From a virus, in IMG/VR virus record IMGVR_UViG_3300046683_000929, positions 34,181 to 98,180 of that record: a DNA stretch of 64,000 bases; one strand, written 5' to 3'. Both the position numbers and the translations under genes were made by a program. The first letter of the stretch is position 1. Each line of letters begins with the position of its first letter. Positions 7,301-16,874 of the stretch are shown here, piece by piece. The notes under the pieces were generated by a model that worked only from the letters and a program-made list of their open reading frames with translations, had not been told where the DNA came from and ran no database searches.

Positions 7301-10300
7301 AAGTATTTTATGAAAATCCTCCGCAGGTGTATCAGCCACGGAGTTACCTTCCGGATCAATACGAATACTGTCCTTTACCGATTGCTTGTAGATATCCAGC
7401 GCATCATTGATGTTATTTAACTTTTTAATCTTTTCATTGTAGGTGGTATCCGGATCACGAAGAACACGGCTTACGGTACTGGCTATTTCCGACCTATCCG
7501 GCAGCGTACTGAACTGCGTTTGCTTATAATTGAATAAATCATCTCCATAATAAAACTCCTGGTGGTTTTGAATTATATCGTCAGCCCTCGTAGTTAAATT
7601 ATGCTCTCTTTCCTCATTTATAAAATCATGGACTTCCTGCATAGGTACAGAACTGAATTCCTTCATCCTTTGCCCATTGTTGATGTCATCCAAAATTCTA
7701 TTTAATCGCTTTACATCTTTGGCATCATATGGGTTGATGGTAACCAAGTCCTTTATGGCATCTTTTATGTTTTGAGGAACAAAGGAGGCTTTTAATAATT
7801 GCCGGGCATCCTGTATCCCAGACCGGGCATCCTGTACATCGCGGATAACTTCGGCATCCTTTGCTGCCCGCGCAACGAAGTCACGAAACCGATCAAGGCC
7901 CCTCTCTGTCTTAACTGAGTTTAACTGATTGGCAAAGCCCAGCAATTGCTTATCACTGAATTTTATTTTACCAAATGCGCCAGACTTATTTAAGTCGACG
8001 ATGATATTCTTTATTTCCTTACGGATATTATTGAAATTGTCTTTAAGGGCCTTTGTCTGATCTTGGCGAAGTTGTTTTTCCTTGGCCAACCTTTCATCAT
8101 ACTTACCTTTTAGCTCTTTAAGTTTTGCTTTCTGCTTTTCTCCCTGGTCACGAACATACTCACCAAACTTCTCTTTGGTCAAATCGCGCTCCTTTTGTAA
8201 CCTGTCGGCAGCTACTTCTTTTTGATAGCGATCATATTCCAGGAACGCAGCTTTCTGCTCCAGTTGAGCAGCTTTAAACCCAGCATTAAAATCACGATTA
8301 GCCTTCGCAATTGTTTCGCGGACAGGGGCCAGGTTCTTTTTTAAATTCGCAAATGAAATATCGTCACCAGCAGCCTGCTTTTCTTTTATCCAATCCAAAA
8401 CCCGACCGGCATATTCGGCACTTGTTTCGCCGGCCTGGCGAAGAGGCCGTTGCTTTTGCTCGGAAACAGCATCCGAAAATTCCTTATTACCGATATCGCC
8501 GATCTTAACTTCGCTCAATAAGTATTTGGAGTTAATGGTATCCAAAAACTCATGCATGCTCATGTTCTTTATATTCTTGAACTTGCTGATATCATAGCCT
8601 GTTTTCTCCAATACATAACGCTGAAATTTAATCCAGCTATCATTGATGAATTTTGCCACAGTGCCGCGTGTGCCGCTGTTCTTTATAACTTCATTAAGCT
8701 TCCCTTCTCCATCGCGGCCCAGCATGGTAACAAAAGCCTCTTCACCCATCCTATTGCCAGATAACTCATATCCTTTTTGGCGAAGCTCAGCATGAACGCC
8801 GGCTGCATCATTGCCGATACGGATCATTCTATCCCATAAGCCAGGCGCGTTTTCTCTGGCCCACCTGGTTAAGATATGCCCAAACTCGTGAATCTGCGTG
8901 TCAGCATTTACTCTTTCAGGGTTAAAATGAATTATGTTCTTTGTATCTACGAAAGCGTTGGGTAAAGCGTCGCCTGTAGCCTCAATACCGACTTTCTTAG
9001 CCTCTCTTTCAAACGAATCAACATCGGAATGGAATTTCGTTTCGACGCTGGGGAAAACCTTCTCTAAAAGGTTCTGGATAGCCTTGGCGCGTTCCGGTGG
9101 AAGCTTATCGCCTTCCCCCAATTGAAATGGCAAGTCGCCTTCTTTTGGCGTTGGCCTTTCATCCAACCGACCCTCCTTTTCTTCCCGTTGCTCTAAAAAT
9201 GACCCTAAAGTAGTACCTAAACTTTGCAGGAATTTTTCTTTTTGCTCTGGCAATTCCTTGCCGCTTAGCACCTCTTTTAAGCCTAACTCTACCTTTTGAA
9301 TTTTGTTTATGCCCAAGACGTTTTTGACGGCGCTTAAAAGCTCATTATACCACGCTTTTGCTTTGCCAATCCATGTATTGCCAGCGTTAGAAGACTTAAT
9401 AAATGAATCAGCCGCATTTACAGCCCACCATTCCGATGGTGAAAAAAATTCATAGTAGCCATGTGGAACTACCCTGCTTCTAAAAATATCCTTTAACTCT
9501 TTACGGATCTCTTCCCTTTTGGCATAATCGTTTTCGGTTTGCATTTGATCTGCCAAAGTAAGATATCTAATAGCCTTGGATAATTTGGCTTTTTCTTTCT
9601 CATCTTTTGATGCATCTATCTTGTCTTCTAATAAAGACTTTTCTTTATGCAGGCTGTCACCCCACTCTTTTAAAATACCGTCCCTAATTTCAGTAGGTAA
9701 AAATCGCTCGGTGTGATGGAATATTTCATGAATTGCTGTGCTTTTTGAATTGTCCTTAAATAGAGTTATTAAAGCATCTTGGCTACTGTATTGCCCTGCG
9801 GCAAATTTGTCTTTTTTAAGCGTGATATTGATAGCTAAGTCTTTAAATAGCTCAGGGTTCTTATTTAATAACGCACTGGCCAAATCAGCTGATTCCTGGC
9901 TAATTTTCCCTGCCTTGACGCCCTGCGATATTCTTTTCGAAACAAATTCGACTCCGCGCCTCGATGGTTCAAGATCACGAACTGCTTTTTCAGCAATCTT
10001 TAGTGCTTTTTCAGCATTAATAATGTGCTGCGGGAACTTGCTTAACATATCCTCTATCGATTTTCCTTGTTTCATCAAGTACTTATAATCCCATTTTGGC
10101 TTTCCAGTAGCAAGCAATTTTTCAAGATAGGCTTTGTTTCTGTATACATTCCCTAATTCATTTTTAGCCCTTCTAAGTTTATAGTTAGCCTCTTCACGGG
10201 ACTTGTCTAATCCATAGTCGGCATCTTCCCCAGAATCGTCCTGGTAAGGCGATGATAGCTCATTAGTTATTTTTTCTGATCCGCCTGTTCCTTCTTGTGA

Positions 10301-13300
10301 GATAGCACCGCTACCTTCACCCGGACTTGCAAATTCTTCACCATTTGCATTATCTCCGGCTTTGTCATTGTTTTTTTCATCTAAAATATCGTTAACTATA
10401 GTTTTTAAATCCGCAGGCACCTCTTCTCCATTAAACACATCGTGCCAAATGTTGAACATATTCGATGGATCGTCAGCATAATCATTGAACTGATCGCGGA
10501 CGTTTTCTAAAACGTGTTCTGGGTCGTTTAATGACGGATCACTTAATTTGTCTTCTATGAACTTACTAACCTTGTCTTCGTTGGCCAACCCGTCGTATTC
10601 GTTTTGTATGGCACGGATCTCGCCCATGGTTACGTTGCCGTATTGCCTGGCAAGATTTTTTGCGAACCTATTACTAATTTCCTTACCGGTTAGTTCAGCA
10701 TATCTATCCGATATAGCTTTCAATTCAGCGTTGCCGGCAGCTGTGGTATAAGTTGCGGCACCTCCCGGATAGTTGATCATAAATTCTGCCAGGTCGTTCG
10801 CAGTTACCTTATCTTCTCCGTTAAAGGACTGGCGATTTATTTCATCGGCTTGATTATTTAAGTCAGCATCGCCGCCGTCTTTTCTAAAATAATTTAGACG
10901 GATACCACCGGTTTCATTATTAGGATCGTTCACTCGTCCAAACTCTTCCGAATTGGTGCGCGGGCCATAAGCCGCTATGGCTGCCTCAATACTGCCGGTA
11001 TCCTGAAGTTCTTTTACCTTATCGTCATACATGCGGGCAACCTCTTCCGGATTATCTGTACCATGAAGACGCGCTTCCTGCTCAGGGGCATCAAGTTTAT
11101 CAGTATCAAAACCAAATAGGCTTTTAATATCTTCTTTCGGCAGGGACATTTCTGTACCATCATCAAACTTGACATTGAACTCGCCCGCTTTACCTGGAGT
11201 AATATTTACTGGGTTGAATTCTTTGGACCTGTATTGAAATTCCCCTTCGTTAACGTTATTGTTATCGACTTGGCCGGTTCCTTGCTCGCCTCCGTTTCCG
11301 GGCAAACTTTCTCCAGCAACTGCATTAACTCCATTTCTTTCACTATCGACTGGTAGAGCCCCTTCGGCATTTCCTGTATTCGGAGATACGGTTTGAGCCC
11401 TTTCAATTGGAGTTGGTCGTTCTCCTGGCTCTTCAATATGTTGTTCTCCATGTATTTCGTCTGCTTTATTAAGTAAGTCAACCTGAATATCTGTCCTTTT
11501 TTCGACTAAATCAATTAAATTATCGACAGCTTCCGGATTAGCTACTGGATCCGATCCAGTAGGGGATGCCTGAATATTATCAATTTCAGAAGTTAAATTT
11601 TCTACATTATCCTTGTTGATATTTTGCTCAAGCTTTTTAGGATTCAATAAATTATCAATCTGATCAAATTTAGATATAAGTATCGCCTTGTCATCCGGCT
11701 TGATATCAGACTGAGCGATTGAGTGCACAAATCCATCTTTATCATTAATTATGGCATTAGCTACTCCTTTTGCATCAGATGCCCGCGCATAGGTTTTGGC
11801 CAACAAAATGAGCTGCGCTTTTTTATCGGGATCGGTTTCGAGCCGAGCCTGAGCAGCAACATCTAAAGCCTTCGCATTTAAATCACCGGAGGAAACCGGA
11901 CTATTGTATGCTTCTATAATTGCTTCAGGAGTAGCTCTATTAAAATTCTCTAAAGCGTCTGTCTGCCTGGCGTTCATATAGGTTTTGATTTCGTCGTTCG
12001 CGAAATTATTAGCCTTTACACCTGCGTATGCTTTCAAACCTCCAAATACCAAACCAGTGCCAATCCCAGATTCTATTTGACGCTTCAAATCCTCTTTATC
12101 AATTGGCTGTCCATCGATTAAAGCAGCGCCTCCAACCTGAACTATTGGCGCGGCACCAAATATCGTTGCATCCGACAAAATATCTACGCCGCCCTTTGTT
12201 ATTGCACCATTAGCTGTAACAAGCCCGCGTTTTACAAGCTGACTAAACCAAGCATCTGACATCTTGCCGGCAATTCCACCAAGCACACCAGCAGAGACTC
12301 CGCTTACCGCTCCTTGCCCTGCCCCTTTCGCAGCAGCAATAGCAGCATCAGGCTCATCTTCCCCATGCTGCTCTGCCTCGCCATATGACTGTAAAGCTCC
12401 TTTAGCGACCATCCATTTTGTAAATGGGTTCCATACGTATCGTCCAAGCGTGTTTAGTGCCGTAGGGATTTCTGCGGCTTTCGACTCAGGAAGCAATGCG
12501 GTTGCGGCGACATCGGGTAAGAAATCAGTCATATCTTTTGTGACACGACCTGCAATAGTATTCGGAAGCGGAAGGGCATTCATTACATAATCTGCTTTTT
12601 TTGTTTGCCCATCAAGACCAAGTATCATCTTACCTAATGGGTCGGTAGCCCCATCTTCTTCAACTATCTTTCCATACGGGCTTAAAGAACCATCTTCATT
12701 ATAGAGCTTTATAGCCGGTATTCCGTTAATATTATAATTTCTTGTCAGATTAACCAAACCAGAAAGTGTTTTGGTTACTGTACTAGAGGTTGCGCCAGCG
12801 AGTTGCGCCGGAACGTTTAGCCACGATTCTTCTTTGGTGTTTTCATGGATTCTCTTTTTAATATCCTCAGATATTTTCAAGTCCTCCTCTGCTGCATCTT
12901 GATAGGCAATATCACTGCCATATTGAGCTACGCGCCGTTGTTCCCTTCCAACAGGCGTGAGTTTATTATAAGACGCATTAGCGTTTAGTACCTGTTGTAA
13001 TGCGGCGCGAGACTCTGGCGTATCCTGGGTGGTTAAATGACCTATTAGGTCATCTGTTTTTTTATTCTCGGCAACAAGCCTTAATTGATCTTGTATAGCA
13101 AATTGCTTTACTGTATCATTATTGAAGTCAGACTGCTCTTTATCTGCTATACCATTTGCCTGAGTTACCGCAGCGTCTTTATCTTCTTGTTTTACAAAAG
13201 GTATAGGACTTGCTTTTTTAGAAAATGGCAGAACAGGAATGCCATTAACCAGGGAACTTTGGAAAGGTGCTAATCCAGAATCTGATGAGGATGAAGAAGG

Positions 13301-13411
13301 CGTACCATCGCTGCCACCGGGATTTTTTTTTTCACCGAGAATTCCCAGTGGATCAATTGCCGGTGCAGATGATTTCTTTAAGATGCCAAGTGGGTCGTGT
13401 GCGCCGTCCAT
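4322..13411 (-). CDS. Giant internal virion/ejection protein with two zincin-like HExxH motifs (polyvalent-protein-like)
   Basis: 3029 aa; last of three ejection-type genes; N-terminal DPLGIL repeats; Gly/Ala hydrophobic segments; motifs IHEIFHH and IHEFGH. Confidence 0.7.
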   Translation of the reverse strand: MDGAHDPLGILKKSSAPAIDPLGILGEKKNPGGSDGTPSSSSSDSGLAPFQSSLVNGIPVLPFSKKASPIPFVKQEDKDAAVTQANGIADKEQSDFNNDTVKQFAIQDQLRLVAENKKTDDLIGHLTTQDTPESRAALQQVLNANASYNKLTPVGREQRRVAQYGSDIAYQDAAEEDLKISEDIKKRIHENTKEESWLNVPAQLAGATSSTVTKTLSGLVNLTRNYNINGIPAIKLYNEDGSLSPYGKIVEEDGATDPLGKMILGLDGQTKKADYVMNALPLPNTIAGRVTKDMTDFLPDVAATALLPESKAAEIPTALNTLGRYVWNPFTKWMVAKGALQSYGEAEQHGEDEPDAAIAAAKGAGQGAVSGVSAGVLGGIAGKMSDAWFSQLVKRGLVTANGAITKGGVDILSDATIFGAAPIVQVGGAALIDGQPIDKEDLKRQIESGIGTGLVFGGLKAYAGVKANNFANDEIKTYMNARQTDALENFNRATPEAIIEAYNSPVSSGDLNAKALDVAAQARLETDPDKKAQLILLAKTYARASDAKGVANAIINDKDGFVHSIAQSDIKPDDKAILISKFDQIDNLLNPKKLEQNINKDNVENLTSEIDNIQASPTGSDPVANPEAVDNLIDLVEKRTDIQVDLLNKADEIHGEQHIEEPGERPTPIERAQTVSPNTGNAEGALPVDSERNGVNAVAGESLPGNGGEQGTGQVDNNNVNEGEFQYRSKEFNPVNITPGKAGEFNVKFDDGTEMSLPKEDIKSLFGFDTDKLDAPEQEARLHGTDNPEEVARMYDDKVKELQDTGSIEAAIAAYGPRTNSEEFGRVNDPNNETGGIRLNYFRKDGGDADLNNQADEINRQSFNGEDKVTANDLAEFMINYPGGAATYTTAAGNAELKAISDRYAELTGKEISNRFAKNLARQYGNVTMGEIRAIQNEYDGLANEDKVSKFIEDKLSDPSLNDPEHVLENVRDQFNDYADDPSNMFNIWHDVFNGEEVPADLKTIVNDILDEKNNDKAGDNANGEEFASPGEGSGAISQEGTGGSEKITNELSSPYQDDSGEDADYGLDKSREEANYKLRRAKNELGNVYRNKAYLEKLLATGKPKWDYKYLMKQGKSIEDMLSKFPQHIINAEKALKIAEKAVRDLEPSRRGVEFVSKRISQGVKAGKISQESADLASALLNKNPELFKDLAINITLKKDKFAAGQYSSQDALITLFKDNSKSTAIHEIFHHTERFLPTEIRDGILKEWGDSLHKEKSLLEDKIDASKDEKEKAKLSKAIRYLTLADQMQTENDYAKREEIRKELKDIFRSRVVPHGYYEFFSPSEWWAVNAADSFIKSSNAGNTWIGKAKAWYNELLSAVKNVLGINKIQKVELGLKEVLSGKELPEQKEKFLQSLGTTLGSFLEQREEKEGRLDERPTPKEGDLPFQLGEGDKLPPERAKAIQNLLEKVFPSVETKFHSDVDSFEREAKKVGIEATGDALPNAFVDTKNIIHFNPERVNADTQIHEFGHILTRWARENAPGLWDRMIRIGNDAAGVHAELRQKGYELSGNRMGEEAFVTMLGRDGEGKLNEVIKNSGTRGTVAKFINDSWIKFQRYVLEKTGYDISKFKNIKNMSMHEFLDTINSKYLLSEVKIGDIGNKEFSDAVSEQKQRPLRQAGETSAEYAGRVLDWIKEKQAAGDDISFANLKKNLAPVRETIAKANRDFNAGFKAAQLEQKAAFLEYDRYQKEVAADRLQKERDLTKEKFGEYVRDQGEKQKAKLKELKGKYDERLAKEKQLRQDQTKALKDNFNNIRKEIKNIIVDLNKSGAFGKIKFSDKQLLGFANQLNSVKTERGLDRFRDFVARAAKDAEVIRDVQDARSGIQDARQLLKASFVPQNIKDAIKDLVTINPYDAKDVKRLNRILDDINNGQRMKEFSSVPMQEVHDFINEEREHNLTTRADDIIQNHQEFYYGDDLFNYKQTQFSTLPDRSEIASTVSRVLRDPDTTYNEKIKKLNNINDALDIYKQSVKDSIRIDPEGNSVADTPAEDFHKILDTINDKPNELSETLRESLENIASAKQDLIEIDTSMSPEQKESLKILKEVPLAGQDADTLRLFNNVLENVINNDDHSGIGIFEAKAIGNGDEGALKLPNYLEETGRKSKSARFKTKLGELRAVGANLSVIMSRIANNDFDFLSKLNTGSHFDEIRNGFAQAKHRYDELIGKKLEVVFKENPTIAKSPESIQRLSLFSYINQNREFSSPEQQNAELIRRVDIIKRDIELKAAEGLKNDNSEAAIERDIWQGFSDKIKDATGIDVSDGDQLKNLSYDQIRQIEFLEPGERKVYDVYRAADDELRPAHQDVVKRQLNMPYEAWGNHMRDGYRFLGTGLVDVVSGEGLGFTAMEQNTTNGSVATLQRVKGDPLASKSGEKQKVLNLNFFDVQNQNIKDQLSDIHTLKSRQIFDEALKNRTLRDALGNENHQMYKETVRNNVLNEMGLNNSVGEKELRLMKQGLNIITKLGTFKQLLSYSALVKQASATIFNTLVNIGGDAKLMRDAASVLNSDEVKALIKKHPISERGDNMASLNTLRDEALADKDNTIKGNDEKGVIKKMFDHTETVIDKYLLQLNPDGTTVDRKIAKPIKYGDVKTGEWAWVTYYADHLMKNGKAVDFKAIDWAKEAETPNREAADYAENMTAKQLNENSKSARSKLINSNNAFYMAAKTLLFPFGSFNMHKFQTLTENFRTIASKDTFVDADYRKNQAGVAAKSLMSALVEETFFQGIKLSIGYGITALVTKGLAYGLTSIFGDDKEKKDVLDKIDIKLQQKRDNFLQQWYTNVLGNYFFGGLGNAPQDAAQRGINKLTNSEFFYEPNISVGQQISEANNYGMYGAAFNGMGDIAKDTYRIFDNTDKYGVPVNITPYQKAVIASSMLSNMLAFAGLNDADFNRSVDALRKQVEYGLASKFHEPNYRDLSQPTPLKVGSKVIELSQEHQDYYEQIKEPKQQELEKRGMAPKRAATVAAQYAKQKLIEKFSYQKIVAEGQEIKKKK

Positions 13412-13412
13412 G

Positions 13413-14897
13413 TTATTGTTTTAAATTTCCAAGACTAACTGCTTGCTGTATCTGATCTTCTGTATATCCAAGCTTAAGTAAGTCTGAATGGGTATAGGAG
13501 TTCCCGTTCGAGGCTTTAAAAGCTGCATTGGGATTTATCGCTGGGTTTTGAAGGCCGCCTTTAACATATCCCTTACCGTGGGCGCTTACTGCCTTACTCA
13601 AAGATACATGCTCTCCGGTTATGTCATTTAATAATTGATTTAAGCCAGCCTGGTATGTTTCTGGATTTGACGAATCCAGTCTTACTGCATGCTTTTCAAT
13701 GATATTGCCACCTACCGTCCTTTGAGGAATGATGAAAGTCTGGATATCCTTGTTCTTTTTATCGATATTTATTTCGAGCGGACCTCCAAATTGTTGATTG
13801 GCGGCAACAATAGCTTTAAGTTCTTCGCCCGCGCCAATACCCTTATCATTCTTAACACCTATCCTCGCCCTTTCAATTAAATCCTGGCGAACGGTCGGTG
13901 CATCATTAGGATCTTTTCCATCGGCTTTTAATCGTGCTATATTTAACGCATTTTGTCGATCAAGCTCTTTTTGTGCAGCTTCAAACCCCTGGCGCATGCC
14001 TTCCGTTTGGCGCTGTTGTGCCCCCTGCGCTTTTATCGTTGCAAACTGATCTTCATTTACATCTGACTTTTTAATTTCATCAAGAGGCATATGGAGTTTT
14101 GCTTCATCTATAACAAACTGATTATAGTCGTTATTGTGAAGGGCCTTAAGGCTGTCAGGCATATTGTCAAAAGCTTTACGCCTGGCCGATTCTAATCTTT
14201 GCCCGTATTGATCTACCCCGCTTACATTTTGGGCTAAGGCCATAAACTTTTTAGGGTCTACCTTTTCGCCTTCCTCTTTGGTGATATACTTCCCATCTGA
14301 TTTTGATGTGGCGTATTTATATTTTGACAATTCCCCTATCGTCTTATAAAAGGCATCCGGATTATAAACAAGGGGTGGTTGCAATGCAAAAGGACGGCGC
14401 TGAGAAATTGGCGCTGCGATAAACGCATCTATTTTTGCTTTATTTTCCGGCGTATTAAATTCCGGATGTTGATCAAGGAATTGTTGTTGTTTAGCTGCGT
14501 AGGTAGCATCCATTTGACTTTGGGCCAGGTTCTGACGAAATGCCCCTTCCCCTTGTTTTAGCTTTATAGCTTGCTGGGGATTACTCAATGGATTGCGGAT
14601 AACGCTAAAATTATTTGCCAGATCTTTGCCAACACTGGCATATTGCCCCATCAACGCTGTCTGGTCGGTGCCAAGAATTCCTTTTGTATCGATAGAGCCA
14701 TAGATATCCAGCGCAGCCTTCAAATTATCATCATGCTGTTTAAGTACATAATGATTGGCCTCTGCCTGCATATCGGCAGCATGTTGAAGATATCCAACCG
14801 TTGCCGCAGTATTTAATACAGGGTCAGCACCGCCATAGCCGCCTTGTGCATAATCTGCATCGCCTTTGGCGCTAAGAATCTCTGCTAATGATGGCAT
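13413..14897 (-). CDS. Putative ejection (cargo) protein
   Basis: 494 aa, Gln/Ala-rich and helical, middle gene of the triplet after the tail genes. Confidence 0.55.
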   Translation of the reverse strand: MPSLAEILSAKGDADYAQGGYGGADPVLNTAATVGYLQHAADMQAEANHYVLKQHDDNLKAALDIYGSIDTKGILGTDQTALMGQYASVGKDLANNFSVIRNPLSNPQQAIKLKQGEGAFRQNLAQSQMDATYAAKQQQFLDQHPEFNTPENKAKIDAFIAAPISQRRPFALQPPLVYNPDAFYKTIGELSKYKYATSKSDGKYITKEEGEKVDPKKFMALAQNVSGVDQYGQRLESARRKAFDNMPDSLKALHNNDYNQFVIDEAKLHMPLDEIKKSDVNEDQFATIKAQGAQQRQTEGMRQGFEAAQKELDRQNALNIARLKADGKDPNDAPTVRQDLIERARIGVKNDKGIGAGEELKAIVAANQQFGGPLEINIDKKNKDIQTFIIPQRTVGGNIIEKHAVRLDSSNPETYQAGLNQLLNDITGEHVSLSKAVSAHGKGYVKGGLQNPAINPNAAFKASNGNSYTHSDLLKLGYTEDQIQQAVSLGNLKQ

Positions 14898-14900
14898 GGG

Positions 14901-15707
14901 TTACGCTGTTTGAAGGTAAGCGCTCAAGTCTGTACGATATGGGCTATTTTGGTAATTGCTCAATATTTTTTGCATTGCAGCCTGACGTGACTGATCATTG
15001 AAGGTCTGCAACTGATCATATGAGTTTGGAATATTTATATTGGGAATAGTTGCCTTGGATGGACCTTGTATGCGATCCGTAGGGCTTGACAAAGACGGAT
15101 CTATTGCCGTAAGAACACTCCCATCGGGGCCTTGTTTAATAGGACTAACATTATCTTTATAAAGTTGGCTTGTCGAATAAGCCGAAGCTGCGCTCCCTAA
15201 CGTATTTAAGCTATTATTCATTTCGCCGGCAGCTTGTGCCTTTTGCCCAGCTATTGATTTTGCCTCATCAAGATATGGCTGATATTTATCCAGCACCCAC
15301 TTTTGGGTTTTTTGATCAGCAAGATCTTTGTTCACCCCCATCAAATAACGAATGTTATCGACGTGTTGTTCTGAATCCTTTGCTGCGATAGCCATGTTAT
15401 TCTTATCGTAGCTATCATAAAGATGACTGATACTATTTATACCACCACCGGTTTGAAGCAGCGCACCTATACTGGAGCCCAAACCACGATCCGCCTGGCT
15501 TTGGTAGTAATTTTTGGATGCTTGGGTCATTCCACCCTGTGCCAGCCCTTCAGCAAGGTTCTGATTTTTATAATACTCGTCCTGGATATTAAAAGTAGGG
15601 CGGATGTTTAATCTGGCACGACGCTTTGCCGCAGCAGAATCATTGGCACTCTTTATTGCTTGATACCCTGCAATTCCGGCCAAAACTAAAGGAGCTACTA
15701 TCGCCAT
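14901..15707 (-). CDS. Putative ejection protein (positional analogue of P22 gp7 / T7 gp14)
   Basis: Hydrophobic Gly/Ala N-terminus MAIVAPLVLAGIAG followed by helical Q/A-rich body. Confidence 0.6.
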   Translation of the reverse strand: MAIVAPLVLAGIAGYQAIKSANDSAAAKRRARLNIRPTFNIQDEYYKNQNLAEGLAQGGMTQASKNYYQSQADRGLGSSIGALLQTGGGINSISHLYDSYDKNNMAIAAKDSEQHVDNIRYLMGVNKDLADQKTQKWVLDKYQPYLDEAKSIAGQKAQAAGEMNNSLNTLGSAASAYSTSQLYKDNVSPIKQGPDGSVLTAIDPSLSSPTDRIQGPSKATIPNINIPNSYDQLQTFNDQSRQAAMQKILSNYQNSPYRTDLSAYLQTA

Positions 15708-15709
15708 TT

Positions 15710-16159
15710 CTACCCTTTATAATTAAACTTTAAAAGTATGCATTTACGTCCGTAATATTCAACTTTATTTTGGATAACAAACTCGTTCTTTATAAGATGA
15801 TTAAGTGCCTTAACATTCCATTCGTCAATGGCTATATAAATATCACTTTCAAATGAAGATTTGATCAAATCCCAGAATAATTTAACACATTCCGGGGTCC
15901 TAAAACCTTTCCTTAACAAGAACGCCTCCAGAACAGATACTTCGTTAATTGGTATTGCCTGGGCGAAATATCCGACCACCTGCCCATCATCATCTCTTAC
16001 AGAATAAAAATACGTTGTCTTCCCAATATTATTGACAATGTCATTCACGCATGCTTCAAGTCCCCCTGGATAGTTTTTTATTAACTCCAAATCAAGCGCA
16101 CATGAACTAAGAACGAATGGCCTTATATCTGTTTGTAATTCCTTTTTAAAGATCTCCAT
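15710..16159 (-). CDS. GNAT-fold-like protein (positional analogue of P22 gp14 / T7 gp13)
   Basis: VVGYF...FLLRKGFR...NVKALNHLIKNEF pattern; lies between muzzle and ejection genes. Confidence 0.5.
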   Translation of the reverse strand: MEIFKKELQTDIRPFVLSSCALDLELIKNYPGGLEACVNDIVNNIGKTTYFYSVRDDDGQVVGYFAQAIPINEVSVLEAFLLRKGFRTPECVKLFWDLIKSSFESDIYIAIDEWNVKALNHLIKNEFVIQNKVEYYGRKCILLKFNYKG

Positions 16160-16161
16160 TC

Positions 16162-16527
16162 CTATATAAAATTGGCAGCGCCAATACTTCTGTTGTAATT
16201 GTTTTGTATTGATGACTGAATCAAATCTGCCACTAATTTATCAAACTCTCCGGTTTGAAACTGCTTCCTTAAATAGGGGGCGCTGGCTGTCAAGGTCCCT
16301 TGATTTTCAAGCATAGTAAAATACCCCATCAAAGTTCCGTCCGGCATTTCGATCTTATAGAAGACGCTGCCAGGCTGAATGTTTTTTATTTTTGACTCCA
16401 CGCACAAATCTAAAGCCTTTCCGACATTAACGCCAAAAGTGCTCAATAGCGGAATATCATCGGAATACATGCCATATAATAGGGCCCTGTACTCATCAAC
16501 TAAAACTTTATGCAACAGTCCTGGCAT
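16162..16527 (-). CDS. GNAT-like paralogue of the adjacent gene
   Basis: FYKIEMPDGTLMGYF...YLRKQFQT parallels FYSVRDDDGQVVGYF...LLRKGFRT. Confidence 0.4.
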   Translation of the reverse strand: MPGLLHKVLVDEYRALLYGMYSDDIPLLSTFGVNVGKALDLCVESKIKNIQPGSVFYKIEMPDGTLMGYFTMLENQGTLTASAPYLRKQFQTGEFDKLVADLIQSSIQNNYNRSIGAANFI

Positions 16528-16831
16528 TTTTAGCTTTCTCCCTGTTAACTAATTTACGATACGCATTCTGAGCGTTTAATGCTGGAATGTATTTGCAGCC
16601 GGGCCGCGTTACAAACTCAACATATTTTTTCCTATTGGTAAACAGAACTGCAGAATCTATTAATTCAACCGGCTGCACAATGCCGCCTGCAATATCAAGC
16701 TCAAATATCCTATGCCCTGGTTTAATATCGGTGATATCAATAGTACTGGTAACCTGTTTAATATTATCTACCTGGATAGATGTTTCCATCTTGTCCTGAT
16801 AAACCTGCTCCATCATTAATGCTTCTTTCAT
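16508..16831 (-). CDS. Hypothetical protein
   Basis: 107-aa ORF in the operon. Confidence 0.55.
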   Translation of the reverse strand: MKEALMMEQVYQDKMETSIQVDNIKQVTSTIDITDIKPGHRIFELDIAGGIVQPVELIDSAVLFTNRKKYVEFVTRPGCKYIPALNAQNAYRKLVNREKAKNARTVA

Positions 16832-16874
16832 TACAGTCTAAAATATTTTATTCTCCCGAATAAAAGTAGCCAAT

